From Cenarchaeum sp. (GTDB lineage: Archaea > Thermoproteota > Nitrososphaeria > Nitrososphaerales > Nitrosopumilaceae), in contig CBDESU010000002.1 of NCBI GenBank assembly GCA_965242695.1, forward strand, positions 736,001-800,000: a stretch of DNA of 64,000 nt, in the 5' to 3' direction. A model generated the notes under the pieces. That model saw nothing but the letters and a program-made list of their open reading frames with translations, was not told where the DNA came from and did not search any database. Positions 1 to 10,416 of the stretch are shown here, in pieces (the first letter of the stretch is position 1; each line of letters opens with the position of its first letter). A program made the translations under genes and the position numbers.

Positions 1-329
1 CCGACGACGACGGCAACGACACAGTACAGGCCATCACCGACACTGTCGGAGTGTCCGATAAGCTCGGTGCGTATCCAGAGTCCGTCGAGTTCAAGCGCCT
101 GTATCCAGAGCACATGGAGGATACCCTCATCACTTTGCCTTCGCACTACCTGTACGAGTTACGCGCATTAGACAAGGACGGCGGTGTTTTTGAAACCGAC
201 AGCCTCATTATCGATTACAATGCAGACACGGGCGAATCCACAATTACATACGTGTGCACCGAGCAAGATGGCGACCGCGTCAGCTACACACGTGACGACC
301 TGATAGAGGTTATGGCCGGCATGTGCTGA
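1..329 (+). CDS. hypothetical protein, 5'-truncated by the window edge
   Basis: Frame is open from position 3 (DDDGNDTVQAITDTVGVSDK...) to TGA at 329; acidic protein, no recognisable motif. Confidence 0.6.
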   Translation, partial: DDDGNDTVQAITDTVGVSDKLGAYPESVEFKRLYPEHMEDTLITLPSHYLYELRALDKDGGVFETDSLIIDYNADTGESTITYVCTEQDGDRVSYTRDDLIEVMAGMC

Positions 330-586
330 CAATCCTTGCGGTGCACGGTAGCGGTAACGCCTAATCGGGCGGTAACGCCTGCGGGCGCACTCGGTGAAAG
401 GATACGGAGAGTGTTATCTGTATGAGGCACTGTCACCAGATCTTAAGGTAGCGCGAGCCTATGCAACCGGCGTCCACACGTGCGACTGCCACACACACTT
501 CATCATTATGAAATGTGCAAGACATCCACATGTAGCATAAACACCACGATTTTGTGTTGCGCAAGTGGATATGTTGCCATTGAAGC

Positions 587-2041
587 CTAGCCGCCCTTGG
601 CATCGCCGTCCCGCACGAACCCGCCGTTGGGGGCCGCAGGAGCGGCCTGCTCCCCGCCCTCCGGTTTTTTGCCCCCCTTGCCGTCGTCCCGCACAAACCC
701 TCCCTCGGCCGCCTCGGGCGGCGGTATCCTCTTGGCCGAGCCTAGTCCCGCCGTCGTGATCACGACCGATGCGAGTATGATGAAGAAGACGATCTGCGGA
801 TACGCCTCGCCGTTGGGCAGGCCGAGCGTGAGGGGCATCGTGGCCAGCACGGCGGCGGCCAGGCCGCGCGGGATCATCACCTGCGTGACCTTCTTGTCTA
901 GCCTCGAGAACCTTGCGGTAAGGACGGCCCTTGCCACGGCCGTCCTGAGGATGAATATCGCGACGGTCGCGACGATGCCGAGCAGGATGTACTCGATCTG
1001 CCCAAAGCTTGCAAGCAGCCCGACGAAGACGAAGAAGAACGCCCTGACCAGGAACGCGAGCTGGTTGTGCGTCGGGTCGTCGCGCTCGATCATGCGCACC
1101 TTGAACCGGAACACGCGCGACAGGCTCGCCTTGTTGCCGAGCATGAGCCCAAAGACGAGCGCGGTGAGTGCGCCGGACTCGCCGAACGTGTTGGCCATGA
1201 AGAACAGGACGAACAGCATGCCGAGGGTGAGCATGTACGCGTGCTGCGCGTTGCCGAGCTTTGTCGTCACGTACATCCACGGTATGCCGACGCCGAGGCC
1301 GAGGACGAGCCCGACGACAACGGCCGTGCCGATCGTCTCGCTCAGCACGGCCAGGCTCAGCCCGCCGGCCAGCACGGCCTGGAACATGATGAACGCGATT
1401 ATCGTAGAGAGGATGTCCGTGAGGGCCGACTCGAAGCTGAGCATCGACTTTGCCGACTCGGACAGCCTGATGTTCCGCACCAGGCCGAACACGATGGCCG
1501 AGCTGCTGCCGCCGACTATCGAGCCGAGCAGTATGCTGTCGAGCAGGGGCCAGCCGATCCAGAGGTGGGCAAGCGCGGCGACCGCCGAGATGCTGGTCAC
1601 GAACCCGACGAGCGCCAGTCCGAAGGCAAAGTGGACCGTCCTGGCCATGGACCGCAGGTCCAGGCTCCTCCCGCCGTCGAACATGATTATGATCAGGGCC
1701 ACGGCCGCAAAGTACGGGACTACCGCAATGACGACGTCGTGCGAGATGATGCCGAGGACGGGCCCGATCACCACGCCGAGGATCATCAGGAACGCGACGT
1801 CGGGTATGCCCGTCCGCTTGAAGAACGCCTCGCCGGCCACGCCGAGGAAGACTACCGTGCCGGCGGCGAGCAGCACCACGGGGGCCGAAGCTATGCCCCC
1901 GTCTGCCGACAGCGACGAGACGGCGGCGATCATCTCGCGGAGCGGGCCGAGAACGGCGTCGGCCGCGCCGGGGCCGCCCGACGCCGCGCCGGCCAGCAGC
2001 TCGTCAAGTGACCCTAGGATGCTCAGCTGGACGGGTAGCAC
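587..2041 (-). CDS. cation:proton (Na+/H+) antiporter, CPA1/NhaP-like
   Basis: About 12 hydrophobic segments; motifs IIMFDGG, LSFESALTD, VMIPRGLAAAVLA typical of the Na_H_Exchanger family. Confidence 0.9.
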   Translation of the reverse strand: MLPVQLSILGSLDELLAGAASGGPGAADAVLGPLREMIAAVSSLSADGGIASAPVVLLAAGTVVFLGVAGEAFFKRTGIPDVAFLMILGVVIGPVLGIISHDVVIAVVPYFAAVALIIIMFDGGRSLDLRSMARTVHFAFGLALVGFVTSISAVAALAHLWIGWPLLDSILLGSIVGGSSSAIVFGLVRNIRLSESAKSMLSFESALTDILSTIIAFIMFQAVLAGGLSLAVLSETIGTAVVVGLVLGLGVGIPWMYVTTKLGNAQHAYMLTLGMLFVLFFMANTFGESGALTALVFGLMLGNKASLSRVFRFKVRMIERDDPTHNQLAFLVRAFFFVFVGLLASFGQIEYILLGIVATVAIFILRTAVARAVLTARFSRLDKKVTQVMIPRGLAAAVLATMPLTLGLPNGEAYPQIVFFIILASVVITTAGLGSAKRIPPPEAAEGGFVRDDGKGGKKPEGGEQAAPAAPNGGFVRDGDAKGG

Positions 2042-2130
2042 GCGCCCGTCCCCTGCCCGCTCCCGCTAATTAACCTGCGCCGCGCCACGCCGCCCGCACG
2101 TTTAAACGCCGACCCCCAGTGCCGCCCCGC

Positions 2131-2679
2131 GTGGGAACGGCCACCGACATGCTCCGCGAGGACCACAGGCACGCGATGCGCCTAGAGCGGGTGGTCGCCT
2201 CGTGCGCCGATGCGATCGCCGGAGGCGAGGACGTGCCGCCGGACGACGTCGAGAGGATCGCGCGCGTCATATCCGAGTTCTTCGACTCCATACACTACTC
2301 GCGCGAGGAGGACTCGTACTTTCCGTGCGCCGGCGCATCGGGCCGGTTCGCCGACGAGGTGCGCAAGTTCCTCATCGAGCACGAGTTCGGGCGCAACGTG
2401 GCAGCCCAGGTCTCGAGGCACCTTGCCCGCTGGCGGGACGGGGGCGGCGAGCAGGCCCGCGAGGCCGTCGCCCGGTTCCTGCGCACGTACTCGGTGTACC
2501 TCCGCGACCACATTGCAAAGGAGGACAAGTTCTTCGACGAGGCCGAGGGGGCCCTTGACGGGGCCGAAGAGGCCGAGATGGCCGAGTACTTTAGGGCCGC
2601 CATGGCCACGGCGCCGAGCATCGACCGCATCCTCGCCGAGATCTCATCCCTCGAGCGGAGCGGCTGGATGCGCGCCTAG
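2131..2679 (+). CDS. hemerythrin HHE cation-binding domain protein
   Basis: LREDH...HYSREEDSYFP...EHEFGR...HIAKEDKFF His/Glu pattern. TTTAAA box at 2101 favours GTG 2131 (ORF track start 2119). Confidence 0.85.
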   Translation: MGTATDMLREDHRHAMRLERVVASCADAIAGGEDVPPDDVERIARVISEFFDSIHYSREEDSYFPCAGASGRFADEVRKFLIEHEFGRNVAAQVSRHLARWRDGGGEQAREAVARFLRTYSVYLRDHIAKEDKFFDEAEGALDGAEEAEMAEYFRAAMATAPSIDRILAEISSLERSGWMRA

Positions 2680-2742
2680 CCGCCGCCGCGCGATCGCGCC
2701 GGCCCGCAAGGGCTTTTTAAGAGCCGCCCGGCCCGCCCCGCC

Positions 2743-3258
2743 GTGAAGCCGTTCGTGCTGTGGATGACGGGCCTGCCGTGCTCGGGCAAGACGACCATCG
2801 TGCGCGAGCTGCAAAAGCAGGTGCCGAACCTGGCCATACTCGACGGCGACGAGCTGCGCGAGTGGTTCTCACCAAAAGACTTTAGCAAGGCCGGCCGCGA
2901 CGAGCACAACCGACGCGTCGCGCACCTGGCCTCGCTGCTCCTCAAGCACGGCGTGCCGAGCTGCGTCTCGCTCGTCAGCCCGTACAGGGAGAACCGCTCG
3001 GCGGCGCGCCAGATACTCGACTGCGGCCCGGCGTTCGCCGAGTGCTACGTCAAGTGCTCGCTGGCCGAGTGCGAGCGGCGCGACGTAAAGGGCATGTACG
3101 CAAAGGCGCGCGCCGGCGAGATCAAGGGGTTTACGGGCATCGACGATCCGTACGAAGAGCCCGAGTCCCCCGACCTGCTGATCGACTCGGAGGGCGAGGA
3201 TGCCCCCGCATCGGCTGCGCGCGTCATGGACTTTCTGCGCTCGCGCGGCCTTGCCTGA
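2743..3258 (+). CDS. cysC: adenylyl-sulfate (APS) kinase
   Basis: TGLPCSGKTT P-loop, LDGDELR, RDVKGMYAKARAGEIKGFTGIDDPYEEP. Confidence 0.95.
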   Translation: MKPFVLWMTGLPCSGKTTIVRELQKQVPNLAILDGDELREWFSPKDFSKAGRDEHNRRVAHLASLLLKHGVPSCVSLVSPYRENRSAARQILDCGPAFAECYVKCSLAECERRDVKGMYAKARAGEIKGFTGIDDPYEEPESPDLLIDSEGEDAPASAARVMDFLRSRGLA

Positions 3259-4093
3259 GCACCACATCGTGCAGCGGCCCGTTGGTGGCCAGCACCCCGT
3301 TCATGTGCCTTGTGCCGGGGCCCTCGTACCCTAGGGGTGCGCCCCCGACGTCCGTCATGATGCCGCCGGCCTCGGCCAGTATGCACTCAGAGGCGGCCGT
3401 GTCCCACACGTGCATCTTGTCCGTGTAGGTCAGGTAGACGTCGGCTGACCCCTCGGCTATCCGGCATGCCTTGAGCGAGCTGCCGACCCCCTCGCGCCCG
3501 GCGATGCCGAGCGAGTCGAGCATGCCCCGCTCGCGGTCGGTCAAATGGTTTCGGCTGACGACGGCCGTGGCGCCGCGCAGGTCGGCCGTCTTGCTCGCGG
3601 CAATCCTCTCCCATGCAGTCCCGCCTGCCGCCAGTCGGAACGCGCCCCTGCCGGACTCGGCAATGTACGCGGCGCCGCTCCCGGCGCCGGCCGCCGGGCA
3701 GTTGATCACACCGACGGCGGGCCGCCCGTCCCTGACCAGCGCGATCATGACGGTGAACTCGCCGGTGCGCCCGACAAAGTCGGCCGTCCCGTCCAGCGGG
3801 TCGACAATCCAAGTCTCTCCATGCCGGCCGCCTTCCTGCGCCTTGCCGTTCCCCTCTTCGGACAGCACAGGGATTCCCGTCCTGGCCAGCAGCCCCGATA
3901 TGATGCGGTGGCTCGCAAGGTCCGCCTCGGTCAGCGGCGAGCCGTCCTCCTTTGCCTGCGACTCAAAGTCCGTCCCGTACACTTCCATGACGGACCTGCC
4001 GGCCCGGAGGGCCGCCGACAGGGCGGCAGCCGCGTTGCCGGACATGCCGGCCGGGGGCTGCATGCGGACCGGCTCCGCCCCTTCGCCGGTCAT
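3224..4093 (-). CDS. cysQ: 3'(2'),5'-bisphosphate nucleotidase (inositol monophosphatase family)
   Basis: SPLTEADLAS, LSEE, WIVDPLDGT, GSSLKAC, WDTAA. ATG at 4093 overlaps the stop of the upstream small ORF (ATGA). Confidence 0.9.
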   Translation of the reverse strand: MTGEGAEPVRMQPPAGMSGNAAAALSAALRAGRSVMEVYGTDFESQAKEDGSPLTEADLASHRIISGLLARTGIPVLSEEGNGKAQEGGRHGETWIVDPLDGTADFVGRTGEFTVMIALVRDGRPAVGVINCPAAGAGSGAAYIAESGRGAFRLAAGGTAWERIAASKTADLRGATAVVSRNHLTDRERGMLDSLGIAGREGVGSSLKACRIAEGSADVYLTYTDKMHVWDTAASECILAEAGGIMTDVGGAPLGYEGPGTRHMNGVLATNGPLHDVVLRQGRASAESP

Positions 4094-4329
4094 GTCGTCA
4101 GCTCGGGCCTGAGGGACCAGACCACGCCGAGGACGACGAACGGGATCGACATTATGCCGACGATGCCGAGCACCGTGTACAGCGACGACTCGGAGACGTC
4201 GGGGTTGCCGACAAGCCACGGCAGGGGCAGCGTGACGACGAACCATATAACGGCAAGCAGTATGACGAGGCGGAGCTTGCTCCTCTTCCTCACAGGCCCC
4301 GCATCCTGCCGTCCCTCCATGGGCGGCAA
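4090..4329 (-). CDS. small two-TM membrane protein
   Basis: 79 aa, two hydrophobic helices, translationally coupled to cysQ. Confidence 0.7.
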   Translation of the reverse strand: MPPMEGRQDAGPVRKRSKLRLVILLAVIWFVVTLPLPWLVGNPDVSESSLYTVLGIVGIMSIPFVVLGVVWSLRPELTT

Positions 4330-5196
4330 CGCACGGGCGCGCTATTATTTGGTGCGGCGGCTCCGCCGCCCTCCTTCCCGTATTCGCCCCCCGCCGGCTG
4401 TGCTAGTGTGCCGACTCTGCGGCCTGCATGCGACCGTCCTGCTGTCTGGCGCGATCGGCGCGGCCTGCGCCTAGCGTCTGCCGTCCTTTCCTCCCGCTTG
4501 CGCCCGCGCGCGCCTGCCCTGCCAGGGGCAAAATTTCACATAAAAACTGCCAATTTCTTGTAAGATCTTTGGTGAAGGCTTAAGTACAAGCGAGATATAC
4601 ACGATTCATGCCGATGGAAGCAGTTTCTATCGACTAACCGTGCGTGATCCCGCAGGACAGAAAGCGTACAAGACGCCCAAGGGCGGCTTGTCAGGGAGGC
4701 AGTCTCCCAACGTCCTGCAACATAGGGATCACGCCGTTTCATTGCAAGAACGGTGGGCAGTGCCCTTCCCGCTTGGCGGATGCATGGCGCCTTTCCCTGC
4801 CGGCAGTAGCGCCGGGTGGCGTCGGCCAATCTGCGAGCGGCCGCCGTATAGGGGCGCATGACGACGGCCTGCGCGCCCGCATCATGGGACGGAATGGACC
4901 ACCACTCGTACACTGCTCAACGTCGCCGGGCCCTGCCGGTGTGGGGCTAAGGCCATGGCAGGATCAGCGCACCGGCCGCTCCGCTAGCCTGTCATACGCC
5001 GCATTGCACCCGTGATCCGTTCTGCGCTGGCGCGGGGGCCGAGCCTTGGCGGTGCACCGGCACCGGTCGCTTAGGATTGGGCTCCTAGAACCCGACACAT
5101 CCCGCTTGGCTGGGCTCTCGATGTTTCCGCCGCCGCCACTCGCTCGGCTACCGTGCAGGACGTCATACGCTGTTTACATAGACGGCGCCCACCCAC

Positions 5197-8100
5197 TTGC
5201 TGTCTTGCGCCCGTTCACGCGGCGGTGATGTTATATCCGCGCGTTTGGCGCCGCCTCGTGTGATGCGGCTAGGTTTGGCCCTGCTGCTGGCCCTCGCTGT
5301 GGGGCTGGCCGTACTTCCCGCGGCGGTGGACATCGGATCGTATGCCATGCATGGCAGCGACGCGGCCGAGCCGCACGGTCAGGAGCCGGGCATTATTGCC
5401 GTGGCCGACACCGACAACCACCGCATCCTAGTGTTCCATTCCAACGGCACCTTTGCCCACAGCTTTGGGTCGTACGGCTCGATCCACGAAAAGTCCTCCT
5501 ACTTGACCTACGGCCAGTTTCACTCGCCGTCCGGCGCCGCCGTCGGCCCAGACGGGCGGATCGTCGTGGCCGACACCGGCAACCGCCGCATCCAGGTGTT
5601 CAGCGCTGACGGCACTTTTGTCAACGTCCTTTACTTCGGCCGGTATGACACGCCGTACGCCGCCGCATTTGCCCCCAACGGGAGCATCGTGGTGGCCTAC
5701 AGCGACAGCACGTACGTCAGCGGCAGCGGCCGCCAATACGAGAGCCGCATCCAGGTGTTCAACGCGGACGGGACGCGCACCCCTGGCTTCGGGCTGTACG
5801 GTGATGTCGTTCCCTCATCCCCGTCCGACATCGCCGTCGGCCCCGACGGCCAGATCGCGGTGTCACACAGCAACAGCCACACACACATCCACCGCATCCA
5901 AGTCTACCACCCCAACGGCACGCTTGCCATTGCGTTTGGGTCGTACGGAGTAGGACCCGGGCAGTTCCAATCTCCCTCAGGTGTTGCAATCGCCCCCGAC
6001 GGCCGGATCGCGGTGGCCGACACCGGCAACGACCGCATCCAGGTGTTCCACCCCAACGGCACCCTCGCACTTGCGTTTGGGTCGTACGGCGCCGGCCCTG
6101 GACAGTTCATATCACCGTCCGGCGTTGCAATCGCCCCCGACGGCCGGATCGCGGTGGCCGACACCGGCAACGACCGCATCCAGGTGTTCCACCCCAACGG
6201 CACGCTTGCCAGCGCCATTGGGACCGTTCCCGACGCAGGACGGGGCTATGCCGTTCCCGAAGTCGCCGTCGCCCCAGACGGGAAGATCGTGGTGGCAGAC
6301 GCCAACAACCACCGCATCCATGTCTACCACCCCAACGGCACCCTTGCCAGCGCATTTGGGTCGTTCGGTGAGGGGCGCGGGCAGATCCAAGATATGAAAG
6401 ACATTGCCGTCGCCCCCGACGGGAAGATCGTGGTGACTGACTCCCCCCACTCCAACGGATTGGCCAGGCGCATCCAGGTGTTCAACGCGGACGGCACACC
6501 CGACCTCGGCTTTGGGCCGCGCGGCGACGGGACTGCGTACTTGCGCCTGATATCCAACTATCCCTGCTACGTGCGTTCTTACGATGCCCCGCAGCCCATA
6601 TCCGCCCTCGCCGTCGCCCCCGACGGGAAGATCGTGGTGGCCTACAACAGCGGCAGCAGGAATTATATTCCAGACTACCATATACGAGTGCTCAACGCGG
6701 ACGGCACGTGCGACCTCGACTTTGGTTTGGATTTCCAAAGCACCGCGCGCACGGTATCCGTAGACGCCCTCGCCGTAGCCCCCGACGGGCGGATCTTGGT
6801 GGCCTACAGCGAGGGAGTCGATCGCCACCGCGAGGGCCGCATCCTAGTGCACAACGCGGACGGCACGCGCGCCGATCCGCCTCGCATTTCGGCGTATGCC
6901 GTTTGGCCCTCGCGGGTCGGGAATGTGATCGACATGGCAGTCGCCCCAGACGGGCGCATCGCGGTGACTCACGCCTACAGCAGCCGCATCCACGTGCTCA
7001 ACGCGGACGGCACGCCCGCCAATGTCTTTGCAACGTTCGGAGACTTTTTCCGTTGGGGGCCACGCCCGTCATCCATGGCCGTAGCCCCCGACGGGGGCAT
7101 CGTGACGGCCGACACCTACAACGATCACATCCAAGTGTTCCACCCCAACGGCACGCGCGCACTTGTCTTTCCATCGTCGCTCGCACGGGAGCCATGGACG
7201 ACCGACGCCGCCAGCGACGGCCCCCATCCACACGGCATGCCAGACCTCGACTTTGCGACGTCCCGCGTCGGCGCCTCGTCCGTCGCCGTCGCCCCCGACG
7301 GGAGCATCGTGACGGCAGATGCCAGCTACCACCGCATCCTAGTGCGCAACGCGAACGTCACGCCCGCCTTTTACATAGGGTCGTTCGGCGCCGGACCCGG
7401 GCAGTTCGACTACCCATCCGGCGTCGCCGTCGCCCCCGACGGCCGCATCGTGGTGTCCGACACCGGCAACCACCGCGTCCAGGTGTTCAGTGGCGACGGC
7501 ACGTATTCCTTTGGTTTTGGGTCGCGCGGCAACGGGACAGGGCAGTTCGACTACCCGTCCGGCGTCGCCGTCGCCCCCGACGGCCGCATCGTGGTGTCCG
7601 ACACCGGCAACCACCGCATCCAGGTATTCGACGCGGACGGCGCTCCAACCCTCATCATTGGGTCGACCGGCAACAGGTCTGGGCAGTTCGACTACCCGTA
7701 CAGCGTCGCCGTCGCCCCCGACGGCCGCATCGTGTCGGCCGACATCGGCAACGGAGTCCAGGTGTTCCACCCCAACGGCACGTTTGACCTGGGGTGGTAT
7801 GTGGGCGAAGTCAGGGGCGTGAACCACCCGACACCTCTGGCCGAAGTTGCTGTCGCCCCGGACGGAAAGATCGTCGTGGCAACCGTCATAGTACCCGGCC
7901 AACTTATGCCCTACGGTGTAGGAGTGTTCCACCCCAACGGCACGCGCGCCTTTGACTTTCTGTCCTACTACGGTTCTCCCCGCTATGGTGGCACCCCGAC
8001 AGGCGTAGCCGTCGCCCCCGACGGGAGGATCTTGGTGGCTGCCGGCAACCTCTACGGGTTCGACGCGGACGGCACACCCTCCTTTGCCTTTGGTGGACGT

Positions 8101-10416
8101 GGTGGATATGCCAATGAACCGTCCGGCGTGGCCGTCGCCCACGACGGAAAGATCGCGGTGTCCGACCATCACAGCCACCGCATCCGCGTGCTCGACGCGG
8201 GCGGCGCTCTGGTCCGCACCATTGGGTCGTTCGGTAGCGGGACGGGGCAGCTCCAATATCCCCAAGACATCGACATTGGCGGCCCCGACGGCCGGATCGC
8301 CGTGGTCGACGGCAGGCCATTATTCTGGGCCAACCCAGACCGCATCCAGGTGTTCCACCCCAACGGCACGTTCGCCTTTTCCATCGGGCCGCACGACGTA
8401 GACGACGAGGCGGCAGGGCCGTTCTACCCGAGCGACGTCGCCGTCGCCCCCGACGGGAGGATCGTGGCGGCCTACAACAACGACTACAGGGTCAGGGGGC
8501 CGTGGGGCCCCCTTGACCCACATGTCAGGGTGTTCGACGCGGACGGCACCTTCTCCTTTGCCTTTAGGCCGCCGCCCGACGGGCTGCCGTGTTCTTTGCA
8601 CGGCGTTGATGTTGCTCCAGACGGGAGGATCGTGGTGGCCACCTCTGCCAACTGCCTCGGCGGCGGCTCTCGTAGCAGCATTCAGGCCTACCACCCAAAC
8701 GGCACGTTTGACACCACCATCAAGTCGGGGGCATACTGGGACGTCGCTGTCGCCCCCGACGGGTGGATTGCTGCGGTGAACTACGTCGGCCACAGGGCGA
8801 ACTACCGCGCGAATATCCAGGTTTTCGACTCCAGTGGCGTGGGCCATTCTAACATTGGCACTAAGGGTGCGGGGGCCGGGCAGTTCTCTTGGGGCGTGCC
8901 AGACATTGCCGTCGCCCCCGACGGGAGGATCGTGGTGGCCGACAACAGCAACGATCGCATCCAAGTGTTTCAACGAGACGGCACGCTAGACCGCATCTTG
9001 GGGTCGTCCAACCTCGGCTTTGCCGCAGGCGCCGGGCCGCTGCGATCTCCAGCAGGAGTAGCCATTGGCCCTGCCCAGCCCCCCGTCGTCGTCGAGCCCC
9101 CGCCCCCGTTCAACGGCACCGGGCCGCCTCTGGCGCCCAACGGCACCGCTCCCCAGCCCCCCGTCGTCGTCGAGCCCCCGCCCCCGTTCAACGGCACCGG
9201 GCCGCCTCTGGCGCCCAACGGCACCGCTCCCCAGCCCCCCATCGTCGTCGAGCCCCCGCCCCCGTTCAACGGCACCGGGCCGCCTCTGGCGCCCAACGGC
9301 ACCGCTCCCCAGCCCCCCGTCGTCGTCGAGCCCCCGCCCCCGTTCAACGGCACCGGGCCGCCCCCTGCACCACCACCCCCGGCCGTCGCAGGACCGGGCG
9401 GCGGCATCGGGACGCCCGGCTTCGCCGGCGTCGGGGCCGCATCGCAGCTGGTAATCGACGTGGCGAGGCTGGCAGACTCTAGCGCCTCGCAGATCTCGGG
9501 CGACCCGAATGCGAGCACCGCGACGTTCCCGCCGCGCGAGACGGCCGTGGTTACGCCGTTTGTAGAGGTCACGTTCCCGCCCAGCGTGACGGCCTCGCGC
9601 GTGCCGTCCGATGGCTTGCTTGCCCTGAACGTCTCTGCAGAGGCGCCGCCCGACGAGCAGGTGCAGCGCGCACTTGCGTATGCAGGGTCGGGGCGCGTCG
9701 TACCGCAGAGGATTGTCGAGGTGGGCGGCTCTAACAGCGGCGGCGGAGCAGAGCGCGTCACGTTCGATCAGCCCGTCCGCATAGTCCTAGAGGGGCAGGC
9801 GGGAGGCCGCGCATTCTACATCCAGAGCGCGGGCGGCGCGATCATGCCCATTGACGCCGCCTGCGCTGCCGACGATACGGCCAGGGTGCACCGGCAGCTG
9901 GCCGGCGCCGGCGAGTGCTGGGTGGACTCTGCGGACGGCAACGACAAGATCATCTACACGTACCACTTTACCCGGTTTGGCACCGTGGTGTCCGAGAACG
10001 GGGCTCTGCCGCCCGTGGTCCACACGTGCTCGGCGCGCCTCGGAACGCCGAACCTAGACGTGAGCGCATCCCTCGGCGAGCAGTCGTCTCCCGTGCAGCA
10101 AGCGCTGATCAACTCGGGATCGCTGCCGTTCGCAAGAGTAGAGCTTGAGGCGACGCCGTGGTACGTTGACTGGGACGGTAGCGCCCCGCCCGCCGCGGGC
10201 CATCCGTCCCTGCCCTCCTCGATCTCCGAGGTGCTCTTCGAGGACGTCGACTTCGGCCATGTGGCAACGGCTGTCAATGGGACGGTGGTTGCACGCGGGC
10301 TCGGTGGCGGGGACATCGCGCCATTGTCGTTCGTGGCAGACCTGACTCCGTATGACGAAGTACAGGGCAGCGCACTTGTTCAGTATGTTACGTACCTAGC
10401 CCAATGCAGCCGGTAG
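5197..10416 (+). CDS. large secreted NHL-repeat (beta-propeller) surface protein with Pro-rich stalk and C-terminal domain
   Basis: Signal-like hydrophobic N-terminus (true start probably the MRLGLALL ATG); more than 20 NHL-type repeats (PSGVAVAPDGRIVVADTGNHRIQVF); Pro-rich tandem repeat; 1739 aa. Confidence 0.9.
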   Translation: MLSCARSRGGDVISARLAPPRVMRLGLALLLALAVGLAVLPAAVDIGSYAMHGSDAAEPHGQEPGIIAVADTDNHRILVFHSNGTFAHSFGSYGSIHEKSSYLTYGQFHSPSGAAVGPDGRIVVADTGNRRIQVFSADGTFVNVLYFGRYDTPYAAAFAPNGSIVVAYSDSTYVSGSGRQYESRIQVFNADGTRTPGFGLYGDVVPSSPSDIAVGPDGQIAVSHSNSHTHIHRIQVYHPNGTLAIAFGSYGVGPGQFQSPSGVAIAPDGRIAVADTGNDRIQVFHPNGTLALAFGSYGAGPGQFISPSGVAIAPDGRIAVADTGNDRIQVFHPNGTLASAIGTVPDAGRGYAVPEVAVAPDGKIVVADANNHRIHVYHPNGTLASAFGSFGEGRGQIQDMKDIAVAPDGKIVVTDSPHSNGLARRIQVFNADGTPDLGFGPRGDGTAYLRLISNYPCYVRSYDAPQPISALAVAPDGKIVVAYNSGSRNYIPDYHIRVLNADGTCDLDFGLDFQSTARTVSVDALAVAPDGRILVAYSEGVDRHREGRILVHNADGTRADPPRISAYAVWPSRVGNVIDMAVAPDGRIAVTHAYSSRIHVLNADGTPANVFATFGDFFRWGPRPSSMAVAPDGGIVTADTYNDHIQVFHPNGTRALVFPSSLAREPWTTDAASDGPHPHGMPDLDFATSRVGASSVAVAPDGSIVTADASYHRILVRNANVTPAFYIGSFGAGPGQFDYPSGVAVAPDGRIVVSDTGNHRVQVFSGDGTYSFGFGSRGNGTGQFDYPSGVAVAPDGRIVVSDTGNHRIQVFDADGAPTLIIGSTGNRSGQFDYPYSVAVAPDGRIVSADIGNGVQVFHPNGTFDLGWYVGEVRGVNHPTPLAEVAVAPDGKIVVATVIVPGQLMPYGVGVFHPNGTRAFDFLSYYGSPRYGGTPTGVAVAPDGRILVAAGNLYGFDADGTPSFAFGGRGGYANEPSGVAVAHDGKIAVSDHHSHRIRVLDAGGALVRTIGSFGSGTGQLQYPQDIDIGGPDGRIAVVDGRPLFWANPDRIQVFHPNGTFAFSIGPHDVDDEAAGPFYPSDVAVAPDGRIVAAYNNDYRVRGPWGPLDPHVRVFDADGTFSFAFRPPPDGLPCSLHGVDVAPDGRIVVATSANCLGGGSRSSIQAYHPNGTFDTTIKSGAYWDVAVAPDGWIAAVNYVGHRANYRANIQVFDSSGVGHSNIGTKGAGAGQFSWGVPDIAVAPDGRIVVADNSNDRIQVFQRDGTLDRILGSSNLGFAAGAGPLRSPAGVAIGPAQPPVVVEPPPPFNGTGPPLAPNGTAPQPPVVVEPPPPFNGTGPPLAPNGTAPQPPIVVEPPPPFNGTGPPLAPNGTAPQPPVVVEPPPPFNGTGPPPAPPPPAVAGPGGGIGTPGFAGVGAASQLVIDVARLADSSASQISGDPNASTATFPPRETAVVTPFVEVTFPPSVTASRVPSDGLLALNVSAEAPPDEQVQRALAYAGSGRVVPQRIVEVGGSNSGGGAERVTFDQPVRIVLEGQAGGRAFYIQSAGGAIMPIDAACAADDTARVHRQLAGAGECWVDSADGNDKIIYTYHFTRFGTVVSENGALPPVVHTCSARLGTPNLDVSASLGEQSSPVQQALINSGSLPFARVELEATPWYVDWDGSAPPAAGHPSLPSSISEVLFEDVDFGHVATAVNGTVVARGLGGGDIAPLSFVADLTPYDEVQGSALVQYVTYLAQCSR
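9076..9363 (+). repeat. 78-bp tandem repeat (about 3.7 copies) encoding QPPVVVEPPPPFNGTGPPLAPNGTAP
   Basis: Units start at 9076, 9154, 9232 and 9310 and are nearly identical in DNA. Confidence 0.95.

Noticed and set aside
351-380. 12-bp direct repeat GCGGTAACGCCT x2 after the first ORF
   Set aside because: Too short, and no other copies noticed.
4592-4639. EIYTIHADGSSFYRLT, resembling a TolB/PD40 repeat remnant in an AT-rich intergenic patch
   Set aside because: Only 16 residues with no start codon or further repeats; could be chance.
9076-9363. Tandem repeats here and at 26948 as CRISPR arrays
   Set aside because: No unique spacers, unit lengths are multiples of 3 inside ORFs, and no cas genes.
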